Shown in pieces: positions 19,789 to 29,718 of a DNA stretch of 64,000 nucleotides. Where the stretch lies: contig CAKZTQ010000011.1 in NCBI GenBank assembly GCA_937921735.1, forward strand, positions 1-64,000, given 5' to 3'. The notes below the pieces were generated by a model. That model did no database searches. It was not told the DNA's origin and was given only the letters and a program-made list of their open reading frames with translations. Made by a program: the position numbers and the translations under genes. The stretch is from an uncultured archaeon (GTDB taxonomy: Archaea; Hadarchaeota; Hadarchaeia; Hadarchaeales; Hadarchaeaceae). Position 1 is the stretch's first letter; each line of letters starts with the position of its first letter.

Positions 19789-21008
19789 CGGGCGCTACCT
19801 CTTAGTTTCGCTAGCGCGGAGTCCAAGATATAATTCGCTATCTCAAGCTTGGAACAAGCCATCTTCTCATGTCCGTGCGGAGTCACGATGATTACCTCGT
19901 TCGTCTCCTCCCCAAAGCCCGCCCCCGGCCTAGAGACGTCGTTGGCGACCACCATGTCGAGCTGATTTTGTCTGAGCTTCTCCGCAGCCGCTTCGAGCAA
20001 CTCTTGGTCGGTCACGTTGTACTCGGCTTTAAAGCCCACGATAAAGGCCTGGGGCGCTAGCTGTCTGACGTCGTCGATGATCCTCGGCGCCGGGATGAGC
20101 CTGATCTCCACCGGCTCTGAATGTCGAATCTTATGCTGAGCTGGGCGCTCGACCGCGAAATCCTGCGCGGCGGCGGCAGAGGCCACGATGTCGTAACGTC
20201 GCTCCAACTCGCGCCGAACGGCCTCCCTCATCTCCGCCGTCGTCTGTGCCCTGATCACCCTGACGTTGGATGGTGGCTTCTCCGTGCCCTCGCCGTAGAC
20301 CAAGGTCACCTCCGCCCCCCTGTTCGCCGCGGCTCGAGCTATCGCAACGCCCATCTTGCCGGAGCTGCGGTTTGTTATGAATTTGATCGGGTCTATGTGC
20401 TCGACGGTTGAGCCAGCCGTCACGAGCACTCGCAGGCCAGCCATGTCCTTGGGCGCCAATAAACCCAAGACGAAGTCCACGATCTCGGCGACCGACGGTA
20501 GTTTGGCCTTTCCCTCTTCAAGGCGCGGTTCGAGGATGTGGACGCCCGCTGACCTTAGGCGGGAGAGGTTTTCCTGGAGCAACTTATGAGAGTACATGGA
20601 GGCATGCATGGCGGGCACCATCACTATGGGCTTACCAAGTCCCAGCGCCACCGAGACCACGGATGTCACAGGTGTGTCATCTATCGCGCATGCCACCTTG
20701 CTCAGCGTGTTGGCCGTCGCCGGCGCCACAAGCACCAAGTCCGCCCATGATGCGAGCTCGACGTGCTCGAGCCCCCCAGTGAGGGCCGTCACCACGGGGT
20801 TGCCGGTCGCCCAATGCATCAGTTGGGGTGTTATCAATCTCGCCGCGCTCTCCGTCATCACGGTTCGCACATCTGCAGCGTGACGCATGAGCTCCCTAGC
20901 AAGTTCCGGGCACCTGATGGCTGCTACACTGCCCGTTATGCATAGCACTATCCTGCGCCCCGCGAGCTCAGCGCCTCTAGTGCCGCGGATGTCGTTGGAC
21001 GGATGCAC
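19785..21008 (-). CDS. coaBC: Phosphopantothenoylcysteine decarboxylase/synthetase
   Basis: ITGSVAA, APATANT, PAMH, TAG.TVEHIDPIKFITNRSSGKMG, VGFKAE. Confidence 0.95.
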   Translation of the reverse strand: MHPSNDIRGTRGAELAGRRIVLCITGSVAAIRCPELARELMRHAADVRTVMTESAARLITPQLMHWATGNPVVTALTGGLEHVELASWADLVLVAPATANTLSKVACAIDDTPVTSVVSVALGLGKPIVMVPAMHASMYSHKLLQENLSRLRSAGVHILEPRLEEGKAKLPSVAEIVDFVLGLLAPKDMAGLRVLVTAGSTVEHIDPIKFITNRSSGKMGVAIARAAANRGAEVTLVYGEGTEKPPSNVRVIRAQTTAEMREAVRRELERRYDIVASAAAAQDFAVERPAQHKIRHSEPVEIRLIPAPRIIDDVRQLAPQAFIVGFKAEYNVTDQELLEAAAEKLRQNQLDMVVANDVSRPGAGFGEETNEVIIVTPHGHEKMACSKLEIANYILDSALAKLRGSAR

Positions 21009-21132
21009 TCATACACCTTAGTTAAAAACGGCGCGCCTGCATTGTTTAAACGTTGCTCTTTTTCGACGAGCGTCACCGTAGAAAACCTTTATACGGGAAC
21101 ATCGTAGAAGCCCAGCAGATGGGGGCGAAAGG

Positions 21133-21330
21133 ATGGGCAGGGTACGCCAGACGTTCATAAAACGCGCGGCCGAGCAATTACTCCAGCGGTACTCAGATCT
21201 TTTTTCCACGGATTTCGACCAAAATCGTAGAACCCTAGAGAAGCTCGTCAACATACCGAGCAAGCCGCTCAAGAACAAGGTAGCTGGGTATATAACCGCC
21301 CTCGTAAAACAAAAATCGAGGGGAGGATGA
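21133..21330 (+). CDS. rps17e: 30S ribosomal protein S17e
   Basis: MGRVRQTFIKR, DFDQN, NKVAGYIT. Confidence 0.95.
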   Translation: MGRVRQTFIKRAAEQLLQRYSDLFSTDFDQNRRTLEKLVNIPSKPLKNKVAGYITALVKQKSRGG

Positions 21331-21504
21331 ATGCCACCGCAGATAAATGCTAAGCTCTGCGACGGTTGTGGCGCTTGCGTCGAGGTCTGTCCCGCCAACG
21401 TTTTGGCCATGAAAAACAACAAGGCGGCGGTGGTCAACCCCGACGCATGCTTGGAGTGTAGGGCGTGCGAGGTCGCATGTCCGAAGGGCGCCATAACCTT
21501 CTAA
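21331..21504 (+). CDS. 2x[4Fe-4S] ferredoxin (57 aa, not in ORF track)
   Basis: Translated by hand: MPPQINAKLCDGCGACVEVCPANVLAMKNNKAAVVNPDACLECRACEVACPKGAITF; two CxxCxxCxxxCP motifs. Confidence 0.92.
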   Translation: MPPQINAKLCDGCGACVEVCPANVLAMKNNKAAVVNPDACLECRACEVACPKGAITF

Positions 21505-21635
21505 CATGAGGTTTAGGTTCATACCGGCTAAACGTGGGCAGGACGCAGTATAGGTAGCTTTGATTTTGATGTAAAATTTGAGGGCGGTCATAGCTGGATT
21601 GATTACCTTACGTGCTGGATGATGAACAAAAGCCC

Positions 21636-22115
21636 TCAGGCCAACTCCTGTCGCTTCAGCAGCTTGCCGTGGATATCCATTTCGCCGTACCTTATCCTTA
21701 TAGATGAGATGGGGGAGCCATCCTCCGCCAACACGAACGGGATTTCAATTATGTGAAGAGGGGCCAGCCCTCGCGAGGTTCTGAGTTTATTTAATTCCTC
21801 TGCCCTAGGTCTGGTCTCTGGGCTGACGACTATCGCATCGAGCTTTTCATCATCGATAGCAGGGCCGAAGGGATCCGAGATAACGCATATCTCAGCTCGG
21901 TCCATCCAGCCACGCGAGCGCAGGGTCTCCTCAAGTGCTCGCCTTCGCACGCTCAAAGGTTGTATACCCGCCACATCCTTCGCGGGGTACATTTCATCTG
22001 AGGTTATGCCCACCACCACGCGCTCTCCCACCTCGAAGGCCTTCGCCAAGATCGCTATGTGGCCATCATGCAAGTAATCGAAAGTTCCACCGACGGCAAC
22101 CTTCTTGAACTTCAT
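21636..22115 (-). CDS. coaD: Phosphopantetheine adenylyltransferase (archaeal/eukaryotic type)
   Basis: VAVGGTFDYLHDGH, DPFGP, IVVSPET, ISSIRIR. Confidence 0.88.
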   Translation of the reverse strand: MKFKKVAVGGTFDYLHDGHIAILAKAFEVGERVVVGITSDEMYPAKDVAGIQPLSVRRRALEETLRSRGWMDRAEICVISDPFGPAIDDEKLDAIVVSPETRPRAEELNKLRTSRGLAPLHIIEIPFVLAEDGSPISSIRIRYGEMDIHGKLLKRQELA

Positions 22116-22126
22116 CGCTTATTCCT

Positions 22127-23338
22127 CTAACGCCCGGCGCCGATCCTCTTCTCCTCGAGCTTTTCGAGTTGTTCTAGCACGTACTCGCGAATCTCGTCCA
22201 CCGACGGCAGTTTTTCCAATAGTTTTCCATCTCGAATGTAAAACTTCAAAGCTGCTTCCGTGGTTCCGCCGCAGCGTGGACAACTTGGCTGAGGTTCGCT
22301 GGCGAGCTTTACCACATCGATCAAACATTTTGGGCAACGCCATACATTTTTCCGTCCTCCAAGCTTACCCCGCTTCGCAGCCGGCTTTCCCTCCACTTCC
22401 ACAATATCCATTGCGAAGTCAATGGTTGGGGCATTGCTTATCGAGGTCCCAACCCCAAAGCCATCAGCCCCCGCCTCGGCCAACGCCTTAATGTTCTCGT
22501 CGTTTAATCCCCCCGATACAAAGATTTTGACGTGTTTATACCCTCTCGCGTTGAGCTCCCACCGCACCTCGCGGATCAGCTCCGCAAAGTCTCCCCTTCT
22601 GGAGCCAGGGGTGTCCAGCCTAACTCCATACAATCGATCTCCAAGCGCCTCGGCAGCCATCAGCGCTTCCGCCTTTTCGTCGAAATATGTATCGACGAGG
22701 GCTATCCTAGGAACGTTCGCCGGCATTATCTCGTCGAACGCCTTCCAGGCACTGATTTGGTCCCCGAAGACAATGATAAGCGAATGGGGCATCGTGCCCG
22801 TCGGCTCCTTACCTATCGCCTTCGCCCCGATCAAGCTAGAAACACCGTCGAACCCCCCGATGTAGGCAGCGCGGTCCAACATGGGGGAGAGAGCGGGATG
22901 CATCCTCCTTATGCCGAACGCCATCAGGAACTTGCCCCTCACCGCCTTACGTATCCTCGCCGCCATCGTTGCTGCACCGGAGGCTTGGCAGAGGAACCCC
23001 AGCAGGGGGGTCTCGAGCGCGCAGAAGCCTGCGTAGGGACCCTCTATGGTCACGAGCGGAACCCTGTTACCGTAGTGGTCAAAGGGGCGAAACACGCTAC
23101 CCTCGGGCATGGAGTAGACGTTTACGGGATAGCCTTCGAATAGCCGCATGACCTCTTCCACGCCGCACAGTATCCCCCACTCCCAGCCCTCCGGCAACTT
23201 GCCAGAAGTGACCTCGGCTAACACCCTGACCTTATCCAACCCTTTGGCCTCTAGGATTTGCTTGGTCCTGGCGAAGTAGATGTCCGTCGTCTCCCCTCTC
23301 TTGATTTCTTCGTCCGACGCAACGTGGAATAGGCGCAT
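22127..23338 (-). CDS. pncB: Nicotinate phosphoribosyltransferase
   Basis: TDIYF, FGIRRMHP, GTMPH, LVDTY, VRLDTP, SGGL, GVGT. Confidence 0.93.
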   Translation of the reverse strand: MRLFHVASDEEIKRGETTDIYFARTKQILEAKGLDKVRVLAEVTSGKLPEGWEWGILCGVEEVMRLFEGYPVNVYSMPEGSVFRPFDHYGNRVPLVTIEGPYAGFCALETPLLGFLCQASGAATMAARIRKAVRGKFLMAFGIRRMHPALSPMLDRAAYIGGFDGVSSLIGAKAIGKEPTGTMPHSLIIVFGDQISAWKAFDEIMPANVPRIALVDTYFDEKAEALMAAEALGDRLYGVRLDTPGSRRGDFAELIREVRWELNARGYKHVKIFVSGGLNDENIKALAEAGADGFGVGTSISNAPTIDFAMDIVEVEGKPAAKRGKLGGRKNVWRCPKCLIDVVKLASEPQPSCPRCGGTTEAALKFYIRDGKLLEKLPSVDEIREYVLEQLEKLEEKRIGAGR

Positions 23339-23339
23339 C

Positions 23340-23882
23340 TCATCCCCCCAAGCTTTTGATGAGTTCATCGCTGCTCATGACCTTCGCGCCGTAAACCCTT
23401 TTCATGTACTCTAACGCCCTCTCATGGTCTTCCCTTGTGAAGGCCTCAACGCAATCGCTAGGCACGAATATCTCATATCCCCTGTAAAACGCATCTGCGG
23501 CCGTGTGGAGGATGCATATATCCGTCGATACACCGACCAGCACGAGCTCGGTTATCCCTAAGTCGCGCATAAGGCGGTCTAGATCGGTACCAAAGAATGG
23601 GCTGTACCTATTCTTTTTCACGAGAACGTCTCCTTCCCTCGGCTTCAACTCTTCCACTATCTCAGCTCCCTTGCTACCAGCGATGGCGTGGGGTCCCCAG
23701 AGTTTGACCTCAGCGTCATCGCGCGAATGCGAATCGCACGCGTAGATTATGGAAATCCCTTTCGTCCTGGCAAAGTCCAGTAACTTCTTGATGTTGGGAA
23801 TGATATCCTTGGCCCGGCTGATCCCGAGCTCACCGGTGACAAAATCATTTATCATATCCACGACAATGATCCCGATTCCCAA
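23340..23882 (-). CDS. pncA: Cysteine hydrolase, probable nicotinamidase
   Basis: VVDMINDF, D.H, WGPHA, KNRYS, TDIC; adjacent to pncB. Confidence 0.82.
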   Translation of the reverse strand: MGIGIIVVDMINDFVTGELGISRAKDIIPNIKKLLDFARTKGISIIYACDSHSRDDAEVKLWGPHAIAGSKGAEIVEELKPREGDVLVKKNRYSPFFGTDLDRLMRDLGITELVLVGVSTDICILHTAADAFYRGYEIFVPSDCVEAFTREDHERALEYMKRVYGAKVMSSDELIKSLGG

Positions 23883-23886
23883 TCGA

Positions 23887-24441
23887 TCACCTTACTTTTA
23901 ATGCAATGCAAGCGACATCCTCGTCATCAGTTATCTCCCAGGCTTTCAGCGGTTTTAAGCTTGCGCCCGTAGCCCAATTCATAAGCTGGTCCGCCGAATG
24001 CCTGTGTTTCAGGCTTGTGATTATCGCCAAGCCACCCTTTCGGAGTACCCTAGCGATCTCCTTCAAGGTTACGGCAGGATCTGGCACATTTTGGAGCATC
24101 GTCATCGAAACTACAGCGTCGAAACTTTCGTCCACGAACGGTAGAGAGTCGGCGTCTGCTTGTACTAGCGCCACCCGCTCGTTTGCCTTGAGTTTCGCTA
24201 GGCGCAACATCTCGCGGGAGAGGTCGATGCCGACCACGAAGTCAGCCCTCTCGGAGAGCAGCCGAAATAACATGCCGGTCCCGCAGCCAAGGTCGAGCAC
24301 TCGGCGAAGGCGGGGGAGGTTTTCCGCGACGATGTTGTACTTCTTCTTCTGGATTTCCTCGTAGCGTCGATCGTACGCGCTTGCGGTTAGGTCGTAGCGA
24401 CGCCTGAGCTCGGGTTTAGGGAGCGACATCCAACAAAACAT
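23887..24441 (-). CDS. Class I SAM-dependent methyltransferase
   Basis: VLDLGCGTG, DADSLPF..SFDAV. Confidence 0.88.
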   Translation of the reverse strand: MFCWMSLPKPELRRRYDLTASAYDRRYEEIQKKKYNIVAENLPRLRRVLDLGCGTGMLFRLLSERADFVVGIDLSREMLRLAKLKANERVALVQADADSLPFVDESFDAVVSMTMLQNVPDPAVTLKEIARVLRKGGLAIITSLKHRHSADQLMNWATGASLKPLKAWEITDDEDVACIALKVR

Positions 24442-24450
24442 TTCAGCAAA

Positions 24451-25563
24451 ATGCTATTAATTCAGCGGTCCAAACTGCGTGGGGGGCTATTGCTGGTTCG
24501 CGTGCGCAAGCTTGGGCTTAAGCTAAGGGCTAAGCAGTTGGATGCGTATGTGGCGATCCGAAATTCAAGATATCTCTCCGGTACCTCCGCAGCCACCGCT
24601 GTGATAGTCTCCGATCGAGGGGCGATTTTGATCTGCACACGGCTGGAGCTCGATAGGGCAAAACGGGAGAGCGCGATAGGAGATATCCGCGCCTACTTCC
24701 CGCGCAGGGTGCCATTGCGGCGAGGCGAGCAGGTAAGGTTCTGCGAGTTGTGGGAGCTCTTGGGCGAGTGCCTGCAGGAGCTAGGGGCACGCAGGATCGG
24801 ATTCGATGCCATGAGCTCAGAAACCCTGCGGAAACTACGCAACGTGTACGAAGCCGATTACGTGGAGCTGCCGGATCTGGTAATGGAGATGCGCAAGGTC
24901 AAATCTAGGCAGGAGATAGCCCACTTACGGAAAGCTGCAAAATTGGCCGTCGAGGGCATGTCGCTGGCGGCAAAGCTCATAGAGGAGGGGGCAAGGGAGC
25001 TGGAGATAGCGGCGGAAGTTGAACGCGCGATGCGCAGGCGAGGTTCGAGTAGAACACCCTTTGAGACGATCGTTGCCTCGGGTGAGAACTCCTGGCTTCC
25101 CCACGCCACGGCCACGCGGAAACGCCTGCGACGAGGCGAACTCGTGGTCGTCGACTTGGGTGCCACGTACAAGGGGTACGCGTCCGATATGACGAGGACA
25201 TTCCCGCTGGAGGCGACCCCCAAGCAGCTCAAGTTGATAGAGGTCGTGAAGCGCGCTCAGGCGGCGGCGATCGGACGCTTGAGGGGGGGCATTAAGGCGG
25301 GAGATGTGGACCGGGTCGCGCGAGCGACGGTAGCGCGCGCTGGTTTGGAGAGGTTCTACCTACACGGAACGGGGCACGGTATCGGTTTGGATGTCCATGA
25401 ACCGCCGAGTCTTACCCCGGGTTCTGAGGAGATCTTACAGCGGGGGATGGTCCTGACGGTGGAGCCAGGGGTTTACGTCTCCGGCGTGGGTGGGGCCCGC
25501 TTTGAGGATATGTTGCTAGTTTTGGAGGACGGTTGCGAGCTTTTGACATCGAACGGGATCTAG
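24451..25563 (+). CDS. Xaa-Pro aminopeptidase/prolidase (M24)
   Basis: DLGATYKGYASDMTRT, HGTGHGIGLDVHE, TVEPGVY, RFEDM. Start uncertain. Confidence 0.9.
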   Translation: MLLIQRSKLRGGLLLVRVRKLGLKLRAKQLDAYVAIRNSRYLSGTSAATAVIVSDRGAILICTRLELDRAKRESAIGDIRAYFPRRVPLRRGEQVRFCELWELLGECLQELGARRIGFDAMSSETLRKLRNVYEADYVELPDLVMEMRKVKSRQEIAHLRKAAKLAVEGMSLAAKLIEEGARELEIAAEVERAMRRRGSSRTPFETIVASGENSWLPHATATRKRLRRGELVVVDLGATYKGYASDMTRTFPLEATPKQLKLIEVVKRAQAAAIGRLRGGIKAGDVDRVARATVARAGLERFYLHGTGHGIGLDVHEPPSLTPGSEEILQRGMVLTVEPGVYVSGVGGARFEDMLLVLEDGCELLTSNGI

Positions 25564-25636
25564 GATTGAAATTGGCAAAATTATTGTCGAGACAAAACTT
25601 TTAAGTCCGTGCCGTTATCTATCTGCAGGTATTGCG

Positions 25637-27064
25637 GTGAAACGTGAGCGCTGGCAAAAGAACTTCAGCGAATGGTTCAACGATATTCTGCGCGACGCGG
25701 ACATAATGGATACCCGTTATCCTGTTAAGGGCCTCTACGTTTGGCTCCCTTACGGCTTAAAGCTCCGCAACCACGTGTTCGCGGTCATTCGACAGCTGCT
25801 CGAACAATCTGGGCATCAGGAGGTGCTGTTCCCGCTCCTCATCCCAGAGGATATCTTCAGGAAGGAGGCGGAGCACATAAGAGGCTTCGAGGGTCAGGTG
25901 TATTGGGTGACCCACGGCGGGCTCAGCAAGCTAGACGTGAAGCTCGCGCTTAGGCCGACGAGTGAGACCTCGATCTATCCGATGTTTGCGCTCTGGATAC
26001 GCTCGCATGCCGATCTTCCCATCAAGGTCTTCCAAGTGGTCAACGTCTTCCGCTATGAGACGAAGATGACTAAGCCCATGATACGCTTGAGGGAGGTGAC
26101 CACCTTCAAAGAGGCCCACACCGCCCACGCTACCTGGGAGGAGGCCGAAGCTCAGGTACAGGAAGCGGTTAAGGTTTATCAACGCTTCTTCGACGAGTTG
26201 GGCGTGCCGTACCTGATCACCAAGCGTCCTCCGTGGGATACCTTTGCGGGGGCGGTATACTCGCTCGCTTTCGACACCCTCGCGCCGGATGGTAGGACAC
26301 TCCAAATAGGGACCGTTCACAACTTAGGACAGAACTTCGCTAAGGTATACGAGCTCAAGTATGAGACGCCGGATGGAAAGCAAGAGTACGTGTATCAGAC
26401 TTGTTACGGCATATCCGAGCGCGTGATCGCAGCAGCCATGATGGTACACGGTGACGATATCGGCCTCTGTCTCCCCCCGAAGGTGGCGCCGATTCAGGTG
26501 GTCGTGGTGCCAATACCGTTCAAAGGCAAGGAGGCGCCGGTCCAGCAAATAGCATCGGCTGTGGCGAACGAGCTGACAACGGCCGGTGTAAGGGCACACT
26601 TGGACGACCGAGACGTGCGGCCAGGGCGGAAGTTTTATCATTGGGAGCGTCGAGGTGTGCCTCTCAGGCTTGAGATCGGGCCAGAGGACGTGGAAAAAGA
26701 TCAGGTGACAGCTGTTAGGCGAGATACCGGAGAGAGACAGGCGATACCGCGAAACGCTTTGAGGAATAAGGTTAGGGAACTTCTGGAGACGATAGACGGG
26801 GATTTGAGGGCCCGTGCTTGGAAGTCGTTCAACGAGATGACCCACGAGGCTTCCGACGTCGAGACCGCGAAGGGTCTGATGGACAGGCGGGGTGGCATAG
26901 TCCGCATGCCTTGGTGCGGTGATGAGGAGTGTGGTTTGGAGCTGGAGGAAAGGACCGGAGGAGACATTCTAGGGGAAAAGTTCGGCGGTGAACAGGCGTC
27001 GGGTATCTGTCCGATCTGCTCAAAGAGGGCCGCTAAGAGCGTCTACCTGGCCCGAACTTATTAG
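25637..27064 (+). CDS. proS: Proline--tRNA ligase (archaeal/eukaryotic type)
   Basis: LRPTSET, FRYETK, QTCYGISER, C-terminal Zn site, ARTY end. Confidence 0.97.
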   Translation: MKRERWQKNFSEWFNDILRDADIMDTRYPVKGLYVWLPYGLKLRNHVFAVIRQLLEQSGHQEVLFPLLIPEDIFRKEAEHIRGFEGQVYWVTHGGLSKLDVKLALRPTSETSIYPMFALWIRSHADLPIKVFQVVNVFRYETKMTKPMIRLREVTTFKEAHTAHATWEEAEAQVQEAVKVYQRFFDELGVPYLITKRPPWDTFAGAVYSLAFDTLAPDGRTLQIGTVHNLGQNFAKVYELKYETPDGKQEYVYQTCYGISERVIAAAMMVHGDDIGLCLPPKVAPIQVVVVPIPFKGKEAPVQQIASAVANELTTAGVRAHLDDRDVRPGRKFYHWERRGVPLRLEIGPEDVEKDQVTAVRRDTGERQAIPRNALRNKVRELLETIDGDLRARAWKSFNEMTHEASDVETAKGLMDRRGGIVRMPWCGDEECGLELEERTGGDILGEKFGGEQASGICPICSKRAAKSVYLARTY

Positions 27065-27069
27065 GGCCG

Positions 27070-27357
27070 GTGGGGTTCATGGTCAAGGCCAGGGCCCACG
27101 TTTACGTAAGCGGGAGGGTCCAAGGGGTCTTCTTCAGGTATGAGACGAAAGAAAGGGCCGATGAGTTGGGGGTTACTGGTTGGGTCAAAAATCTCCCGGA
27201 TGGGAGGGTGGAGGCCATCTTCGAGGGAGAGAAGGATAAAGTGGAAAAGATGGTCAATTTTTGCAGGGTGGGGCCTCCCGGAGCCAAGGTAACGAAGGTT
27301 GAGGTCTCTTGGGGGGACTATAAAGGGGAATTCCAAAGCTTCAGCATCATATACTAG
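27070..27357 (+). CDS. acyP: Acylphosphatase
   Basis: GRVQGVFFR, GWVKNLPDGRVE. Confidence 0.95.
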   Translation: MGFMVKARAHVYVSGRVQGVFFRYETKERADELGVTGWVKNLPDGRVEAIFEGEKDKVEKMVNFCRVGPPGAKVTKVEVSWGDYKGEFQSFSIIY

Positions 27358-28231
27358 CAGCTGCGGCCAATATCTCCTTTTCAGATGGGAAACCCATTGG
27401 CCCTTTGTACCTGATTTTCAAGCCGGCGGCGGCCGAGGCGAACCTAGCCGATTGAAGGACATCGTGCGTGTCCAAATATCTAGCCAAGAAGGCAGCACCG
27501 AAAACGTCACCGGCGCCGGTTAGGTCCCTGGCTTCAACCTTCAAGCTCTTCACCTCGTAAAAGCCCTCGTCCGATAGTATCGCGCTAGCCCCTTCGCCGC
27601 GGGTCAAAATCGCGATGCTAGGGCCCATTTTCGCGAGGTCCTCTAGTATCTCCATTGCGTCGCCCTTAAACGCCTTGGCCTCATCTCTGCCTATTTTCAC
27701 GATATCCACATATCTCAGGAAATCCTCAAGATCTGCGCGTGGTTCGATCTTAACCGTCCCATCCTCACCTATCTTTCTGAGAAGTCCTTGAGGGTCGAGC
27801 ATCACCACGTTTGTCCTACTTTTTATGGACCTAAGGAGGTCGACGGTTACCTCGCCGGTAATAGGGGAGACGTAGAAGCTCTTGGCATCGCGGTAAGCGC
27901 GGGGCACGTCATCCGGAGAGATGCTAGGGGCCACATGTTTGCAGATCTGCTTGCGATTACCGGCCTCATCGTAGACATTTTCAAAAGTCGTCGTATGTTC
28001 ACCCGTCACCAAAATCCCCTCCGTATCTAAGCCCATCTTGCGATAGATCGGAGGGAACCTTTCCGGAAAATCTAAACCGACCTTCGATACGATGCCGACC
28101 GCCTTCTTCAGGGCGACGAACATAAGTCCGGCGTACGTTGGCGCGCCGCCTAGGATGTTTTCAATGGTCCCCCAGGGCAGCACATTCACGTCGATCGCGA
28201 CGTGTCCGATAACGATCGCGTCGAACTCCAT
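27347..28231 (-). CDS. PfkB-family carbohydrate kinase (possibly myo-inositol kinase)
   Basis: GGAPTY, DPQG, DLTGAGDVFGAAF; directly downstream of ino1. Confidence 0.85.
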   Translation of the reverse strand: MEFDAIVIGHVAIDVNVLPWGTIENILGGAPTYAGLMFVALKKAVGIVSKVGLDFPERFPPIYRKMGLDTEGILVTGEHTTTFENVYDEAGNRKQICKHVAPSISPDDVPRAYRDAKSFYVSPITGEVTVDLLRSIKSRTNVVMLDPQGLLRKIGEDGTVKIEPRADLEDFLRYVDIVKIGRDEAKAFKGDAMEILEDLAKMGPSIAILTRGEGASAILSDEGFYEVKSLKVEARDLTGAGDVFGAAFLARYLDTHDVLQSARFASAAAGLKIRYKGPMGFPSEKEILAAAASI

Positions 28232-28232
28232 G

Positions 28233-29309
28233 TTATCGCCCGGCGATAAAATCTTCGACAGCCTGCTTTGCCTCCGCGTCCGACATTTGAATGGGAGGAT
28301 GCTTAAAGAAGTAAGCCGAAACGCCGATAAGTGGCCCGCCTATCTTGCGGTCGAGCGCGAGCTTCACCGCACGGATCGCGTCGATCACCACGCCCGCGCT
28401 ATTCGGCGAGTCCTCAACGGAGAGCTTGACGTCTATGGTTAGGGGGACATCCCCGAACTTCCTCCCGCGGATGTGGATGTAGCATATCTTGTTGTCCTTC
28501 AAGAACGGCACGTAGTCGCTAGGGCCTATGCGTAGCGGTACCTCGTACGGCACTTGGCTTGCGACCGCTTCCGTCTTGCTTATGCGCTTCGAGCTCAGCC
28601 GTTCCTCCTCTAACATGTTCAGGAAGTCGGTGTTTCCACCGATGTTCAGTTGGTAGCTCTCCTCGATCTTTACTCCCCTATCGAGCAATAACTTCACTAG
28701 CGTCCTGTGAAGGATGGTCGCCCCCACTTGGGATTTTATGTCGTCGCCCGCGCAGGGGAGCCCCGCTTGCCTGAACCTTTCTCCCCAGACCTTGTCCGAA
28801 ACTATGAACTCAGGTATGCAATTGATAAACCCGCAACCCGCCTCCAGGGCCTGTTGCGCGTAGTATCTTGAGCCCTCGTAGCTGCCGACGGGCAAGTAGT
28901 TTATCAGGACGTCGGCGCGTGAGTCTCGAAGGACCTGAGCGACATCCACAGGCTCCTGAGCTTTGTCCACGGGTATCACGCTCCTGAGGTATTTGCCCAA
29001 GCCATCAAGCACCGGTCCCTTCATGACCTCAACGCCGAGCGGTGGGACATTACAAAATTTCACCGTGCAATTGGGCGGGGTAAATATGGCCTCCGCTAAA
29101 TCCTTGCCTACCTTGTTGGCGTCCACGTCGAAGGCGGCCACGAACTTTATATCGCGGATGTGGTAACCGCCAAAGTTGACATGCATCAGGCCGGGGACGA
29201 ATTGGTCCTCCCTCGCATCTTTGTAGTACTCCACGCCCTGCACCAACGACGAGGCGCAATTCCCCACGCCGGCTATCGCGACGTTTATTTTTCCCATCAG
29301 CATCTCCAA
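28233..29309 (-). CDS. ino1: myo-Inositol-1-phosphate synthase
   Basis: [43 protein letters not shown]. Start likely 29303 or 29297. Confidence 0.95.
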   Translation of the reverse strand: MEMLMGKINVAIAGVGNCASSLVQGVEYYKDAREDQFVPGLMHVNFGGYHIRDIKFVAAFDVDANKVGKDLAEAIFTPPNCTVKFCNVPPLGVEVMKGPVLDGLGKYLRSVIPVDKAQEPVDVAQVLRDSRADVLINYLPVGSYEGSRYYAQQALEAGCGFINCIPEFIVSDKVWGERFRQAGLPCAGDDIKSQVGATILHRTLVKLLLDRGVKIEESYQLNIGGNTDFLNMLEEERLSSKRISKTEAVASQVPYEVPLRIGPSDYVPFLKDNKICYIHIRGRKFGDVPLTIDVKLSVEDSPNSAGVVIDAIRAVKLALDRKIGGPLIGVSAYFFKHPPIQMSDAEAKQAVEDFIAGR

Positions 29310-29317
29310 TTTTGTAT

Positions 29318-29336
29318 TATTTCAAAATTTGAAATA
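29318..29336. promoter_or_regulatory. Perfect palindrome TATTTCAAA-A-TTTGAAATA, candidate PadR operator
   Basis: 9-bp inverted repeat with 1-nt spacer in the ino1/padR divergent intergenic region. Confidence 0.55.
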
Positions 29337-29391
29337 TTGCGAGGGATTATAAAGCTTGTGGTCGAAGAAAAAATGTGGTGCTATTTTGGCC

Positions 29392-29718
29392 ATGCGTCGA
29401 CTGCAACGCAAGACGACGGCTGAGTTGATGTGGCCGTATATCCTGCGGTTACTCAAGGAGCGTCCGATGTATGCTTATGAACTGCGTAAGGAGATCAATA
29501 AGAGATTCGGGTGGAAGCCCCCGTTAGTTACCTCGTATACCGTGCTTTACAGGCTTCAGCGAAAGGGTTACATCACCACCGAGCGTGAAGAGCAGCGCAG
29601 GGGGAAGCCCGCCCGCAAGTACTATAGGATAACGGAGAAGGGAGAGGAGCTTTTGGCTGACGCCGAGAAGTACTTCAGAGACATGTATGCTAAGCTCTTC
29701 GGAAAGAAACCCTTATGA
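29392..29718 (+). CDS. PadR-family transcriptional regulator
   Basis: ILRLLKERPMYAYEL, YTVLYRLQRKGYI, RKYYRITEKG. Confidence 0.92.
   Translation: MRRLQRKTTAELMWPYILRLLKERPMYAYELRKEINKRFGWKPPLVTSYTVLYRLQRKGYITTEREEQRRGKPARKYYRITEKGEELLADAEKYFRDMYAKLFGKKPL

Noticed and set aside
19785-21008. CoaBC lacks the bacterial ACG substrate-clamp Cys (has PRLEEGKAK)
   Set aside because: Known feature of archaeal CoaBC proteins, not novel
21599-21640. Possible box C/D sRNA (TTGATTA...CTGG ATGATGA...CAGG)
   Set aside because: Only one box is canonical, the D boxes are poor and no target could be confirmed
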